Program-made: the position numbers and the translations under genes | Origin: an uncultured Verrucomicrobiae bacterium | GTDB lineage: Bacteria; Verrucomicrobiota; Verrucomicrobiia; Chthoniobacterales; UBA10450 | Assembly: GCA_963726745.1 (NCBI GenBank) | Contig: CAVSDR010000003.1 | Coordinates: 192,001-256,000 of the forward strand | Reading direction: 5' to 3' | DNA length: 64,000 nucleotides | The notes under the pieces: model-generated | Database searches by the model: none | What the model was told of the DNA's origin: nothing | The model's input: the letters and a program-made list of their open reading frames with translations, nothing else | Shown: one piece after another, positions 39,378 to 48,625 of the stretch | Numbering within the stretch: the stretch's first letter is position 1 | How the letters are laid out: each line of letters starts with the position of its first letter

Positions 39378-41493
39378 TTATTCTACGGCCACCTGCGGGG
39401 CCACGGTTTCAAGTTTCTCGAGCACGAGGCTCTGGGTGAGCAATTCCGGGAAGACGATCGGCGCGGCCGCGTTCCCCGCCGGATAGAGCACATAGAGTGG
39501 GACACCGGGCCGGCCGAAGTGTTGCAACATTTTCGTGATCGCGGGATCGGCGTTGGTCCAATCGGCCTTGAATTTCACGATTCCGCGGCGGGCAAACGCT
39601 TCCCGCACCGCGCTCGCTTCCAGGACGGTGCGCTCGTTGAATTTGCAGGTAATGCACCAGGCGGCGGTGAAATCGACGAAGACTGGGCCGCCCTTCGCCA
39701 GCTCGGTCTCGAGCGCCGCTGGGGTGAAGTTGCGCCAGCCGTCGACCGCCGGCGCGGTTGCCGCGAGTGTGGTGCTGGCAAACTTCTCGCGGATGAAATA
39801 AGCGCCGCCGCCGAGCAGGAGCGCGAGCAGGAGCACGAGGACGAGGACACGCTGGCGGCCGGAGGCGAGCGGCGTGGCAAACGCGCCCCACATCCAGCAG
39901 GCGATGCTGACCACCGTAAGAAAAGCAGCCGCCCAGATGATCGCATCGACCCCGCGTTGCGCCCCGAGCACCGAGAGCAGAAAGAGCAACGTGGCGATGA
40001 GGAGGAAGCCCATGAATTGCTTCACCCGCTCCATCCACGCCCCGGGCTTCGGAATGAAGCGCATCCAAGCCGGCTGCGCCGAAAGCAAAATATACGGCGC
40101 GCTCATCCCCGCGGCGATGCTCAGGAACATGAGCAGGATGACCCACGACGGCTGAGTAAACGCAAACCCCAGGGCCGTCCCAAGAAACGGCGCGGTGCAA
40201 GGCGTTGCCAAAACCGTCGCGAAAATTCCCTGGAAAAACGAGCCCGCATCCCCTTCCCGCGAGGTCCAGCCAAGCAGGCCGCGGCTGGCGCTTTGCGGCA
40301 GCGTAATCTCGAAAACGCCGAAGAGATTGAGCGCGAAGACAAGCACGAAGACGCTCATCCCAAGGACGAAATAAGGGTTGGTAAACTGGAGCGCCCAGGT
40401 GATTTCGCGGCCGGCACTTTTCAGCGCGATCAAGACCGCCGCCAGCCCGATGAACCAGACGAAAATGCCAGCGACGAACGAGAGCCCACTGCGCAGGATG
40501 CGGCGGCGGTCGGCGCCAGCGTGCTGGATAAATCCGAAGATCTTGAGCGAGATCACCGGGAGGACGCAGGGCATGAGATTGAGGATGAACCCGCCGATGA
40601 AGCCGAAGAGCAGAAAGGTGAGCAACCCGCGGGCGGGCCCGTCTGTCGCGCGCGCGGCTACGGGCGCAACCGCGGGCGACAAAGTGCCGGCTAAACTCCA
40701 GGCGGTGCGCCCGGCCCCCTCGCCGAAGACGACCAACCCCGGCAGCGCCTGCACGCTGGCATCCGCGCCCTCCAGCGGAATGCGCACGGTCATGCCACTC
40801 AGCGGTGCGCTCCGCGCTGACGTGGCCCACGACCACCTCCGCGCCCGGAAGCGGGAAAAAATCGACCACGGAAGCCTGCGCGAGCGCGGGATGCTGCACC
40901 TTGAGCGTGAGCCCGGTCGCATCGCGGCTCCAGGCGGTCTTGGTGTCGTTAGGCAGCGGCTGCGGCAATTGCCGCTCGAAGCGCTGGAAAAGTTCTTCGT
41001 TGGCCGGCGCGGCTTGCGGTGCGACCGGCAATTCCAGCGCGACCGACGCCCCGCCGGGGATGCAAATTTTCTCGCAAACGAGCCAGTTCGCCTCTGCGGT
41101 CAGCTTCACCATGTTGCTGTCTATTTTTGCCGGCGGGGTGATCTCCTGCAGTAGCAGGACCTCATCGTGATAACCGAAAATGCGGATGTCGCCCGGCTCC
41201 TCCAACCGCAGCGGCACCGGCCAGGAAAGATCGCCCGCCTTCCAATCCGGCGGCAGGCTCCACTTCAGCTCCGTAGGAATGCCGGCATCGCCCGGAAATT
41301 TCCAGTAGGTGTGCCAGCCGCGCTCCATGTGCAGCAGCAGGCCGACCTGAAACGGCTGGCCGGGGACGATCGCGGAAGTATTCGCAACCAGCTGCGCCTT
41401 GACCAACTCCCGGCCCTGGTAGGTCTGCGCCGGCACTTCGCCTAACGAGAGCAAGAGCGCGGCGGCGAGGAGGAGAAAGCGCAGTTTCATCAT
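39378..41493 (-). CDS. DsbD-family thiol:disulfide interchange protein; frameshift near 40800
   Basis: N-terminal GWHTYWKFPGDAG...WLVCEKICIPG; TM domain LNLMPCVLPV, ATPCTAPF; C-terminal DFTAAWCITCK. Confidence 0.88.
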
Positions 41494-42935
41494 GGGCTCA
41501 CGTCGTAGACCTCGACCAGGCCGATGCCGTTCATTCCCGTGGGGCTGCGCAGAATCGCGGTAAAATTTCCGGGCACGAGACGCTGGATAATCGCGGACTC
41601 CGCCGGGTCGCTCGGGGCGAGGCCGGCGTAGTCGGGCGAGCCGGCGCAACCCGGGCAGCCGCTCGCGGCAGTGAGCAGGTCGCCGTTGCCGTTGCGCAGT
41701 TCCAGCGCGGTATCGCCGAGCGCGGAGGGCAGCGCCGACCGGAGCGAAGGACCGAGCGCGCGCACGACCACGGTTTTCGATTGCGGGCCGACGATGATGA
41801 AGCCGGCAATCATGACGTTGTTGCCCGTGTCCACGTGGCCGCGGGTGGAGATGTTTGCCAGGCGACCGCTCCCCGGCGTGAGATCGTAGATCTCCACCAA
41901 GCCCAGGCCGGAGGTCTCGTGGTTGCCGGAGACGATCGCGGTGTAAGCGCCGGGTGCGAGCGTGACCACGAGCGCAGCTTCGGCGTCGTTCGATGGCGGG
42001 AGAGTGCTGTCGCGAATCTCCTGCGCCTGCGTTTCGCGCCAATCGTTATTCGCGGCCACGATCGCGCCACGATCATCGTGCAGTTCGATCACCGGATCGC
42101 GCAAGGTGTCGGCTAAAGGCAGCGACGGCCCGAGCGCGCGCAGGAGCAATTTCTTGGGCGCATCGCGAATGATGAAGCCGCCGATCATGACCCGCTCGGC
42201 CGTGCCTACGCGCACGCGCGTGGAGATGTTCGCGAGGCGGCCATTCCCGCTCGCGGGCGGCGGCGTGGCCGGCGCGCCGTAGAGCGAGCGGAGGCCATCG
42301 ATGTCGTCCTGTTGCAGTTCGAAAACGTCACTCACACGCGAGTTCATAATCGCGGAAAGGATCTGGCCATATTGGTCCGGATGATCGAGGCCGAGCGCGT
42401 GTCCGAGTTCATGCAAGGCCACGCGGTGCAGGTCCTCGGATTTCTGGCCATCAAGCGTGCCGACAAAGGAGTCCCATTTTCGCCGGCTGTTGAAAGCGAT
42501 GTCTGTTTCCTGCATTCGCGCGCCGGAATTGCGAATGAGCGTAATCGCGAGGGTGCTCGCACCCAGGTCCTGGCCGTAAATCGCGGTCTCGAAGGAAAGC
42601 GTGGTCACGCCATCGCGTTCCGGCGGGCCGGTGCGGGCGCTTTCCGTCCAGGTGAATTGCGCCGCGCCCATCTGTTGGTTCCAAAGCGCGAGCGCGCGCT
42701 CGACCGTGCGATCGTAGTTCGCGCTCCCATCCTGCAAAACGATCGGCGCCGCTCCCAGCTGCACGACCACCGGGATGGTCGGGCCCGGCCAGCGCGCAGC
42801 GTCGCGCGTGTCGTAGACAAACGCGGAGGCGAGCGGCGCGGCGAAACTGCAGAAGAGCGCGCAGAGCAGCGCGCCGCAGGCCTTACGGCTGCGCTTGGTC
42901 AGCCAGCTTGCCGCGGATGGCCGACTTGAAGGCAT
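41490..42935 (-). CDS. Matrixin-like (M10/metzincin) metalloprotease with two RLANISTR C-terminal domains; start uncertain
   Basis: HELGHALGLDH plus Met-turn AIMNS; tandem RLANISTR...GLVEIYD repeats. Confidence 0.8.
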   Translation of the reverse strand: MPSSRPSAASWLTKRSRKACGALLCALFCSFAAPLASAFVYDTRDAARWPGPTIPVVVQLGAAPIVLQDGSANYDRTVERALALWNQQMGAAQFTWTESARTGPPERDGVTTLSFETAIYGQDLGASTLAITLIRNSGARMQETDIAFNSRRKWDSFVGTLDGQKSEDLHRVALHELGHALGLDHPDQYGQILSAIMNSRVSDVFELQQDDIDGLRSLYGAPATPPPASGNGRLANISTRVRVGTAERVMIGGFIIRDAPKKLLLRALGPSLPLADTLRDPVIELHDDRGAIVAANNDWRETQAQEIRDSTLPPSNDAEAALVVTLAPGAYTAIVSGNHETSGLGLVEIYDLTPGSGRLANISTRGHVDTGNNVMIAGFIIVGPQSKTVVVRALGPSLRSALPSALGDTALELRNGNGDLLTAASGCPGCAGSPDYAGLAPSDPAESAIIQRLVPGNFTAILRSPTGMNGIGLVEVYDVSP

Positions 42936-43485
42936 CGACATCAAGCGGCGCGGAATCGGCCGAGACGGCGCCGCCTTTGCGCGCGACCGAGGTCGCACTC
43001 TCGGTATGGCCGAGCTGTTCGAGATTGGTAACCGGGTCGCCATTGTCCGCTTTCACCATACGTGCGCCGCTGGCCTTGTCCTGCTCGACGTGGAAACGCC
43101 CGTGCATGATCCCGACGAGCGGGATGAACTGCTGGCCGTTGTGTTCCACGAACAAAATATCGCGATCGCCGACGGCGAACTTCGGCGCATCGCTCACTTC
43201 CATGCGGTCCTCGCCGACGGTGCCGCCGAGCATGCGCAGGGTATAGCTCGCGCCGGGCTGGCCCTTGAGCGCCTCTTCCACTTTCACGGTCACGTAGGTC
43301 ACGATGTGGCGCTGGGCGCCTTCGCCGGTCCACTCGGATTTCACCTCCGTCACGGTGGCGTCCATGATCACTTCGGCCTGGCCCACGAGTTCGTCGAACG
43401 TCGGCGGGATAACGGTGGTGGCGCGGGCGGAAGTGGCGGCCAGGGTGGCGCCGAGGACAAGGGCGAGGAGCGGTAATTTTTTCAT
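42883..43485 (-). CDS. Secreted hypothetical protein (stand-alone prodomain-like module)
   Basis: Signal MKKLPLLALVLGATLAATSARA, then TTVIPPTFDELVGQAEVI...LKG...LRMLGG. Confidence 0.75.
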   Translation of the reverse strand: MKKLPLLALVLGATLAATSARATTVIPPTFDELVGQAEVIMDATVTEVKSEWTGEGAQRHIVTYVTVKVEEALKGQPGASYTLRMLGGTVGEDRMEVSDAPKFAVGDRDILFVEHNGQQFIPLVGIMHGRFHVEQDKASGARMVKADNGDPVTNLEQLGHTESATSVARKGGAVSADSAPLDVDAFKSAIRGKLADQAQP

Positions 43486-43541
43486 AACAAAGTGCCGGCT
43501 AAATTTTCTCACGTTTCGGGCGGAAATCCATCGGAGGCTGC

Positions 43542-45002
43542 TTACGGCTCGAGATCGTAGACTTCGATCAAGCCGATGCCGACGCCGCCATTTACCCCGC
43601 GCACGATCGCGGTGTAGTTCCCCGGCGCGAGCGTGGCCACGACGGCGCTTTCCGCAGCATTCGACGGCGCGACGGTGCTGGCGATGATCTCGGCCGCTTG
43701 CGGGCTGGTCTGCCAGTTGTCGTTCGAGGAAACGAGCGCGCCGGCGCTGTTGTAAAGCTCGAGCGTGGGGTCGGCCAGGGCGCCATCGATCGCGGCCGCG
43801 AGCGAAGGGCCGACCGCGCGGATGAGGACTCGTTTGCCGCCGTTGCCGGAGACAATCAAACCGCCGATGAGCACCTGATCGCCCACGCCGATGCGGCCGC
43901 GGGTCGAGAGATTGACCATGCGCGTGCTCGGCGTGTCGAGCTCGTAGCCTTCGACCAAGGCCACGCCCTGGGTGCCGCCAACGCCGCGGACCATCGCGGT
44001 GTAGCTGCCGGGAGCGAGGGTGGCGATGAGCGCGGCCTCCGCGGGATTCGACGGAGCGACGCCGGTGGCGGAAATCGCGGCCGCCTGTCCCCCAGCCTGC
44101 CAGTTGTCGTTCTGCGCGATGATCGCGCCGCTGCTGTTGTAAAGTTCGAGCGCGGGATCGGCCAAGGCGCCGCTCACGCCGCCAGCGGCGAGCGACGGGC
44201 CGGTGGCGCGCAGGAGGAGCTGCTTCGGTTGCGAGCCCTTGATGATGAAGCCGCCGATGAGCACTTCCGCACCGACACCCACTTTCATGCGCGTGGAAAT
44301 ATTTGCCAGCCGCGCGCCGAGGATGGGAGTCGGGGTCGGCACTGGGAGCCCCACGCCATACATCGCCTGTGCGCCGGCGATGTCGTCGGCCGCCAGGACT
44401 TCGCGGTCGCTCGTGATCGCGTTCATGACCACATCGCCTTGCGAGTGATTCATGCCCAAGGCGTGTCCGAGTTCGTGCAGGAAAACGCGGCGGATATCCG
44501 CCAACGCGAAGCCGCTCGACTGGAACTTCAGCGGCCCACGGTAGGAATCGAAGTTCTGCGCATTATTAAAAAGAATGTCCGCCTCCACCATGTTGGAGCC
44601 TTGCGTGATGTAATAAGTGACCGCGAGAGTGCCGTTGCCAAACGACTGTCCAAAGACCGTGCTCGACCAGACGACGCAGTTGACCCGATCGCCTGAGGAA
44701 GCGGGTGCCGACGAGTTCATCACGCTGCCAAACTGCACCCGGCCCATGACCTGGTTCCACGCGTCGAGCGCCGGCGCCACGGCGGTATTGTAAGAGGAGT
44801 TTCCGTCGGTGAGCGCAGGGTTGGCATTGCCGAGACCGAGCTGCATCGTGACCGTCCCGCTGGCCCAGCTCTTGCCGTTCAAGGCGTATGCCTGCGCCGA
44901 GCGGATGGGACCCGAAAGCGAGGCGGCGGCGACGACCAAAGCGATGGCTAAAAGTGAGGCGCGTCGCGTCGGCAAGACACTCCGCAGGGCGCGTGGAATC
45001 AT
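43542..45002 (-). CDS. Matrixin-like metalloprotease with two RLANISTR C-terminal domains (paralog of 41490..42935)
   Basis: HELGHALGMNH, VVMNA Met-turn, RLANISTR and RMVNLSTR repeats ending GLIEVYDLEP. Confidence 0.85.
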   Translation of the reverse strand: MIPRALRSVLPTRRASLLAIALVVAAASLSGPIRSAQAYALNGKSWASGTVTMQLGLGNANPALTDGNSSYNTAVAPALDAWNQVMGRVQFGSVMNSSAPASSGDRVNCVVWSSTVFGQSFGNGTLAVTYYITQGSNMVEADILFNNAQNFDSYRGPLKFQSSGFALADIRRVFLHELGHALGMNHSQGDVVMNAITSDREVLAADDIAGAQAMYGVGLPVPTPTPILGARLANISTRMKVGVGAEVLIGGFIIKGSQPKQLLLRATGPSLAAGGVSGALADPALELYNSSGAIIAQNDNWQAGGQAAAISATGVAPSNPAEAALIATLAPGSYTAMVRGVGGTQGVALVEGYELDTPSTRMVNLSTRGRIGVGDQVLIGGLIVSGNGGKRVLIRAVGPSLAAAIDGALADPTLELYNSAGALVSSNDNWQTSPQAAEIIASTVAPSNAAESAVVATLAPGNYTAIVRGVNGGVGIGLIEVYDLEP

Positions 45003-45205
45003 GTAATTACTGGAAAGCAGGATGCGTGCGCGGGCCGTGACGCGCTCGAGCTCTCCCTCGTGGAGATCTTTTGCGCGCGCCGCGAGGAGGCGGCGCAAAC
45101 AGGCGAAAGTCTCAAGACTGCGACTCGCAGGAGTCGTCAGACGCAGCCGGGACTAATTCATGAGGCCGGAGACCGAGGCCGCCGCGGCGCTGGGCCGCGT
45201 CGTCC

Positions 45206-45739
45206 TCAAGGAACGATGAAAATTTGTTTGGTGTAAGGGTCGCGCGCCTTATCGCCAGACTTGTAGCCGGTGACGTCGACCATGCCGCCATTGGGGTCGA
45301 GGCTGAAGACGTAACCGGGCTTGCCGGGCACCGGCTTGGCGACGGGAAATTGCGTGGGGCTGCTCGTGGCCGCGGCGGGGCGCGGCGTCGGCGTCGGGGT
45401 CAGTTTCCGCGGAGTGGCGCTGGCTTGCGGGCGCGGCGTCGTCCGGGGCGCGGGCGAAGCCGTCCGGCGCGGCGGCGTAGCGGTGGCCCGCGGGCGCGAG
45501 GTGGCCGTGGGCGCGACGATCGGATGCCCCGGAGCGCTCACATCGGAAGGCGAATTCGTGACTGTGGTCGTCGAAGTGGTCGTGGTGGTGCGCGGTTGGT
45601 CGACCGCATCCACGCGTTCGCGCATGTAGCGCGCGGGCGCATCGACGACGCGAAAGGAAGTCACCGCGACACGCTTCGCGGTTTCGCAACCAGCCAAAAG
45701 CAGGAGTCCCAAAACGCAGAAGCGTGCGGCCGTGATCAT
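45206..45739 (-). CDS. Lipoprotein with Thr/Pro linker and C-terminal PVPGKPG...DPYT domain
   Basis: Lipobox LAGC; C-terminus paralogous to 12624..13058. Confidence 0.75.
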   Translation of the reverse strand: MITAARFCVLGLLLLAGCETAKRVAVTSFRVVDAPARYMRERVDAVDQPRTTTTTSTTTVTNSPSDVSAPGHPIVAPTATSRPRATATPPRRTASPAPRTTPRPQASATPRKLTPTPTPRPAAATSSPTQFPVAKPVPGKPGYVFSLDPNGGMVDVTGYKSGDKARDPYTKQIFIVP

Positions 45740-45805
45740 ATCGGCGCCTTTTTAAGACCTTTCGCCCGCGAACGCCAGCGGTATTCAGCGCCGGAAAACT
45801 TTCCC

Positions 45806-47176
45806 TCAGCGCAGCGGCGTCGGATACACCGCCGGGCTCACATTCCCATCGCGATCGACCGCGGCCACGCCGAAGAGGAAGTTATCCTTCGAGATCTTCG
45901 GCAGGGTAAAATCGGTCCCGCTGCCGGCCGGGAGAGAGTGCTGCCAAAACGGCGCCGTGGTTTCGCGCCAATAGATCCGGTAGCCAGCAAGATCAGGCTC
46001 CGTGTTCGCGCGCCATTGCAGGGTGGTGTCGTTGGTTAATTCCTTCGTTCGCACCTGCACTTCCTCCGGCGCCGCCGGCGCAAGCGCGAGCGCACCGAGT
46101 GCCGCCGCGTTGATCCGCGCGACGTTCGCGATGTAATCAAATCGCAGAACTCCGGGAGGTCGCCGAATTGCACCGCGCCTTCCTTCCGCAGGTCCTGGTG
46201 CTGATGGCGGAAGTCCTCGTTCGGCTCGGTGAATCGAACCGCCGCATAGCCGGCATCGAGGAAGGGCGAATGATCGCCGCCGCGCAGGTAGCGATCGCGC
46301 CGGTAGATCACGTTCACCTGCATCGCGGGCACGTATTGCTCGCCGGTAGTCTTGATGAAGCGCGCCAGCTCGCGCGTGCTGCTGTCGTTCTCGCCGCCGG
46401 TCTGGAGGCGCGTGCGCAAGGCTTCGTCCACTTCCTTCATCGCGGGCACGCCTTCGGCAAACAGCCGCACTTGCTTGTCCTCCACTTTGCCATCCTCGGA
46501 GCGCGAGCTGCCGATGATGTCGTTCGTGAACATGCCGGCAATATTCCAGTTCTTCGCCTTGGCGGCTTGCGCCCAGTGCGCCGCGCCCAGCAAGCCTTGC
46601 TCCTCGCCGGCCACGGCCATGAAAACGATCGTCGCATCCCACTTCCGCTTCGACATCACGCGCGCTAACTCCAGAACCGCGGCCACGCCGGAAGCATCGT
46701 CGTTGGCCCCGGGCGCGTCGGCGGTGGCGTTCATCACGTCGGTCACGCGCGAGTCGTAGTGTCCGCTAACCACGTAGATCCGATCGCGCGCTTCCGACTG
46801 CGCGCCCGGGAAGTGTCGCGACTACGTTCACCACCTGCACCGGCTCCGGGTTGCGCTTGCCCGCGGGCTCGGTGAACTCGTCCATCGTGACCTCGAGGCG
46901 GCCGTCGGACTCCTGCGCGTAACGCTCGAACTCGCTCTGGAGCCAGCGGCGCGCGGCGCCGATTCCACGGGTTTCGCTGGTCGCATCCGAGAGCGTGTGG
47001 CGCGTGCCAAAGCTGACCAGCTTGCGGATCGTGGCCTCGATGTTTTGCGGTGAAATCTCGCGCACGCACTCGGCGATCTGCGCGTTCGGCTTATTCTCGG
47101 GCACATTCGGCGGCGCCGCCGTGGCCCTCGTTAGTCCAATCGCCGCCACCGCCGCTGCCAGGAGAGTCGCTCGCAT
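45806..47176 (-). CDS. Secreted M28 family metallopeptidase with FN3-like C-terminus; two frameshifts (about 46807 and 46140)
   Basis: [32 protein letters not shown] spread over three frames. Confidence 0.85.
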
Positions 47177-47184
47177 GGAAGCAC

Positions 47185-48240
47185 CTAAACCTGATTCCCG
47201 CGGCTGGCGAGTTCCCGCACGTCGGCCGTGAACTCTTCGATCGTCTCCTCGGTCGTGGCCCAGGAGCACATCAGCCGATAGACGTCCGGCTCGACAAACT
47301 TGTAGAAATGCCAGCCACGCGCGTGCAAAGCGCTGACTAACGACTCCGGGAGCTGCAGGAAAACGGCGTTGGCTTCCCGCGGAAAAGCCAGCTCCAGGCC
47401 GAGAATCGCCCGCAAGTTGTCGGCTAATTTCTGCGCCGATCGGTTTGCCCGCGCGGCGTTGCGCAGCCACACGTCGTCCTGGAGAAGACCGAGCCAGGGC
47501 GCGGAGAGGAAGCGCATCTTGGAAGCGAGTTGCCCGGCCTGTTTCGCGCGGTAATCGAATTCCTCCGCCAGTTCCTTCCGGAAAAAGACGACGAGTTCAC
47601 CGCCAGGGGCGCCGTTCTTGGTCCCGCCGAAACAGAGCGCGTCGACTCCCAGCTCCCAGGTAATTTCCCGGGGCGCGCAGCCTAACGAGACCAAGGCGTG
47701 CGCAAAGCGCGCCCCGTCCAGGTGCAGAAAGAGCGAGCGCGCGCGCGCAAATTCCGCCAACCGCTCGAGTTCGCCGCGGCTGTAGGCGGTGCCGAATTCC
47801 GTCGTCTGCGTCAGGCTGAGCGCGCGCGGCTTGGGGGAATGCAGATCGCGCTGCCGCACGAGTGTTTCTTCGATCGCCGCGAGCTCGAGCTTGCCATTTT
47901 GGCCCGGCGTGGTGAGCAACTTCGCGCCGCCGGAAAAGAACTCCGGGCCGCCGCATTCATCGGTCGCGATGTGCGCATACTCGTGGCAAACGACGCTGTG
48001 AAAGGGCCGGCAAATTTGCGCCAGCGCGAGACTGTTCGCGGCCGTCCCATTGAAGACCATGAAGACCTCGCAATCGGTCTCGAAGATTTCGCGCACGCGC
48101 TCGGCCAGCCGCTCAGTCCAGCGATCGCCGCCATAGGAAGCATCGGTCGCGCGGTTCGCCTCCTCCAGCGCCTGCCAGGCCTCGGGGCAAATGCCCGCGG
48201 TGTTGTCGCTCGCGAAATCGTAACGGTGCCGCTCTTGCAT
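47185..48240 (-). CDS. ltaE: Low-specificity L-threonine aldolase
   Basis: DFASDN, FNGTAANSL, HLDGARF, FGGTKNG, KQAGQLASKMRF. Confidence 0.9.
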   Translation of the reverse strand: MQERHRYDFASDNTAGICPEAWQALEEANRATDASYGGDRWTERLAERVREIFETDCEVFMVFNGTAANSLALAQICRPFHSVVCHEYAHIATDECGGPEFFSGGAKLLTTPGQNGKLELAAIEETLVRQRDLHSPKPRALSLTQTTEFGTAYSRGELERLAEFARARSLFLHLDGARFAHALVSLGCAPREITWELGVDALCFGGTKNGAPGGELVVFFRKELAEEFDYRAKQAGQLASKMRFLSAPWLGLLQDDVWLRNAARANRSAQKLADNLRAILGLELAFPREANAVFLQLPESLVSALHARGWHFYKFVEPDVYRLMCSWATTEETIEEFTADVRELASRGNQV

Positions 48241-48347
48241 CCGCGGACTTTAGAAGCGTCTCCCGAAAAAGAAATCGCCTGGCGAAGTGCTCGCGGATGA
48301 ACCCGCGAAATCGCCAGGCGAACTACCCCTTACTTACCCCCAAAAGT

Positions 48348-48464
48348 CTAGGTGCAACCGCGCAGCAAGAAGAAGAGCAGCAGCACCGGGATTGGCACTC
48401 CGAGCAGCCACAAAAGCATGTATCCGGCCGCGCCCTTTTCTCCGTTTTCGTCCGTTTGTTTCAT
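48348..48464 (-). CDS. Small (38 aa) single-TM membrane protein
   Basis: MKQTDENGEKGAAGYMLLWLLGVPIPVLLLFFLLRGCT; purine-rich GAAGGAAAA upstream. Confidence 0.55.
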   Translation of the reverse strand: MKQTDENGEKGAAGYMLLWLLGVPIPVLLLFFLLRGCT

Positions 48465-48625
48465 GTTGTTTTTTCCTTCACCATTGCTTCGCATGCGAAC
48501 TCCGGCGCGAGCGTGTCGACCGCATTTTTTTTGGAAGATTTTTTCGTCGCTTTCCGATCGATGAAACGAGCCTGGACGCACGCGCCGCTTTGCCGAGTTG
48601 CAGCGCACGCGCTAGGCTCCGCGCC

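Noticed and set aside
39409..42042. 877-aa ORF spanning the matrixin end and dsbD
   Set aside because: Only the middle part (MMKLRFLL... to about 40800) is DsbD; the rest is out-of-frame read-through typical of GC-rich DNA plus a frameshift.
45003..45205. Structured leader upstream of the matrixin operon, possibly a c-di-GMP riboswitch
   Set aside because: Small hairpins exist, but the conserved GGCAAAC/GAAA/GACGCAAA elements are not present in order.
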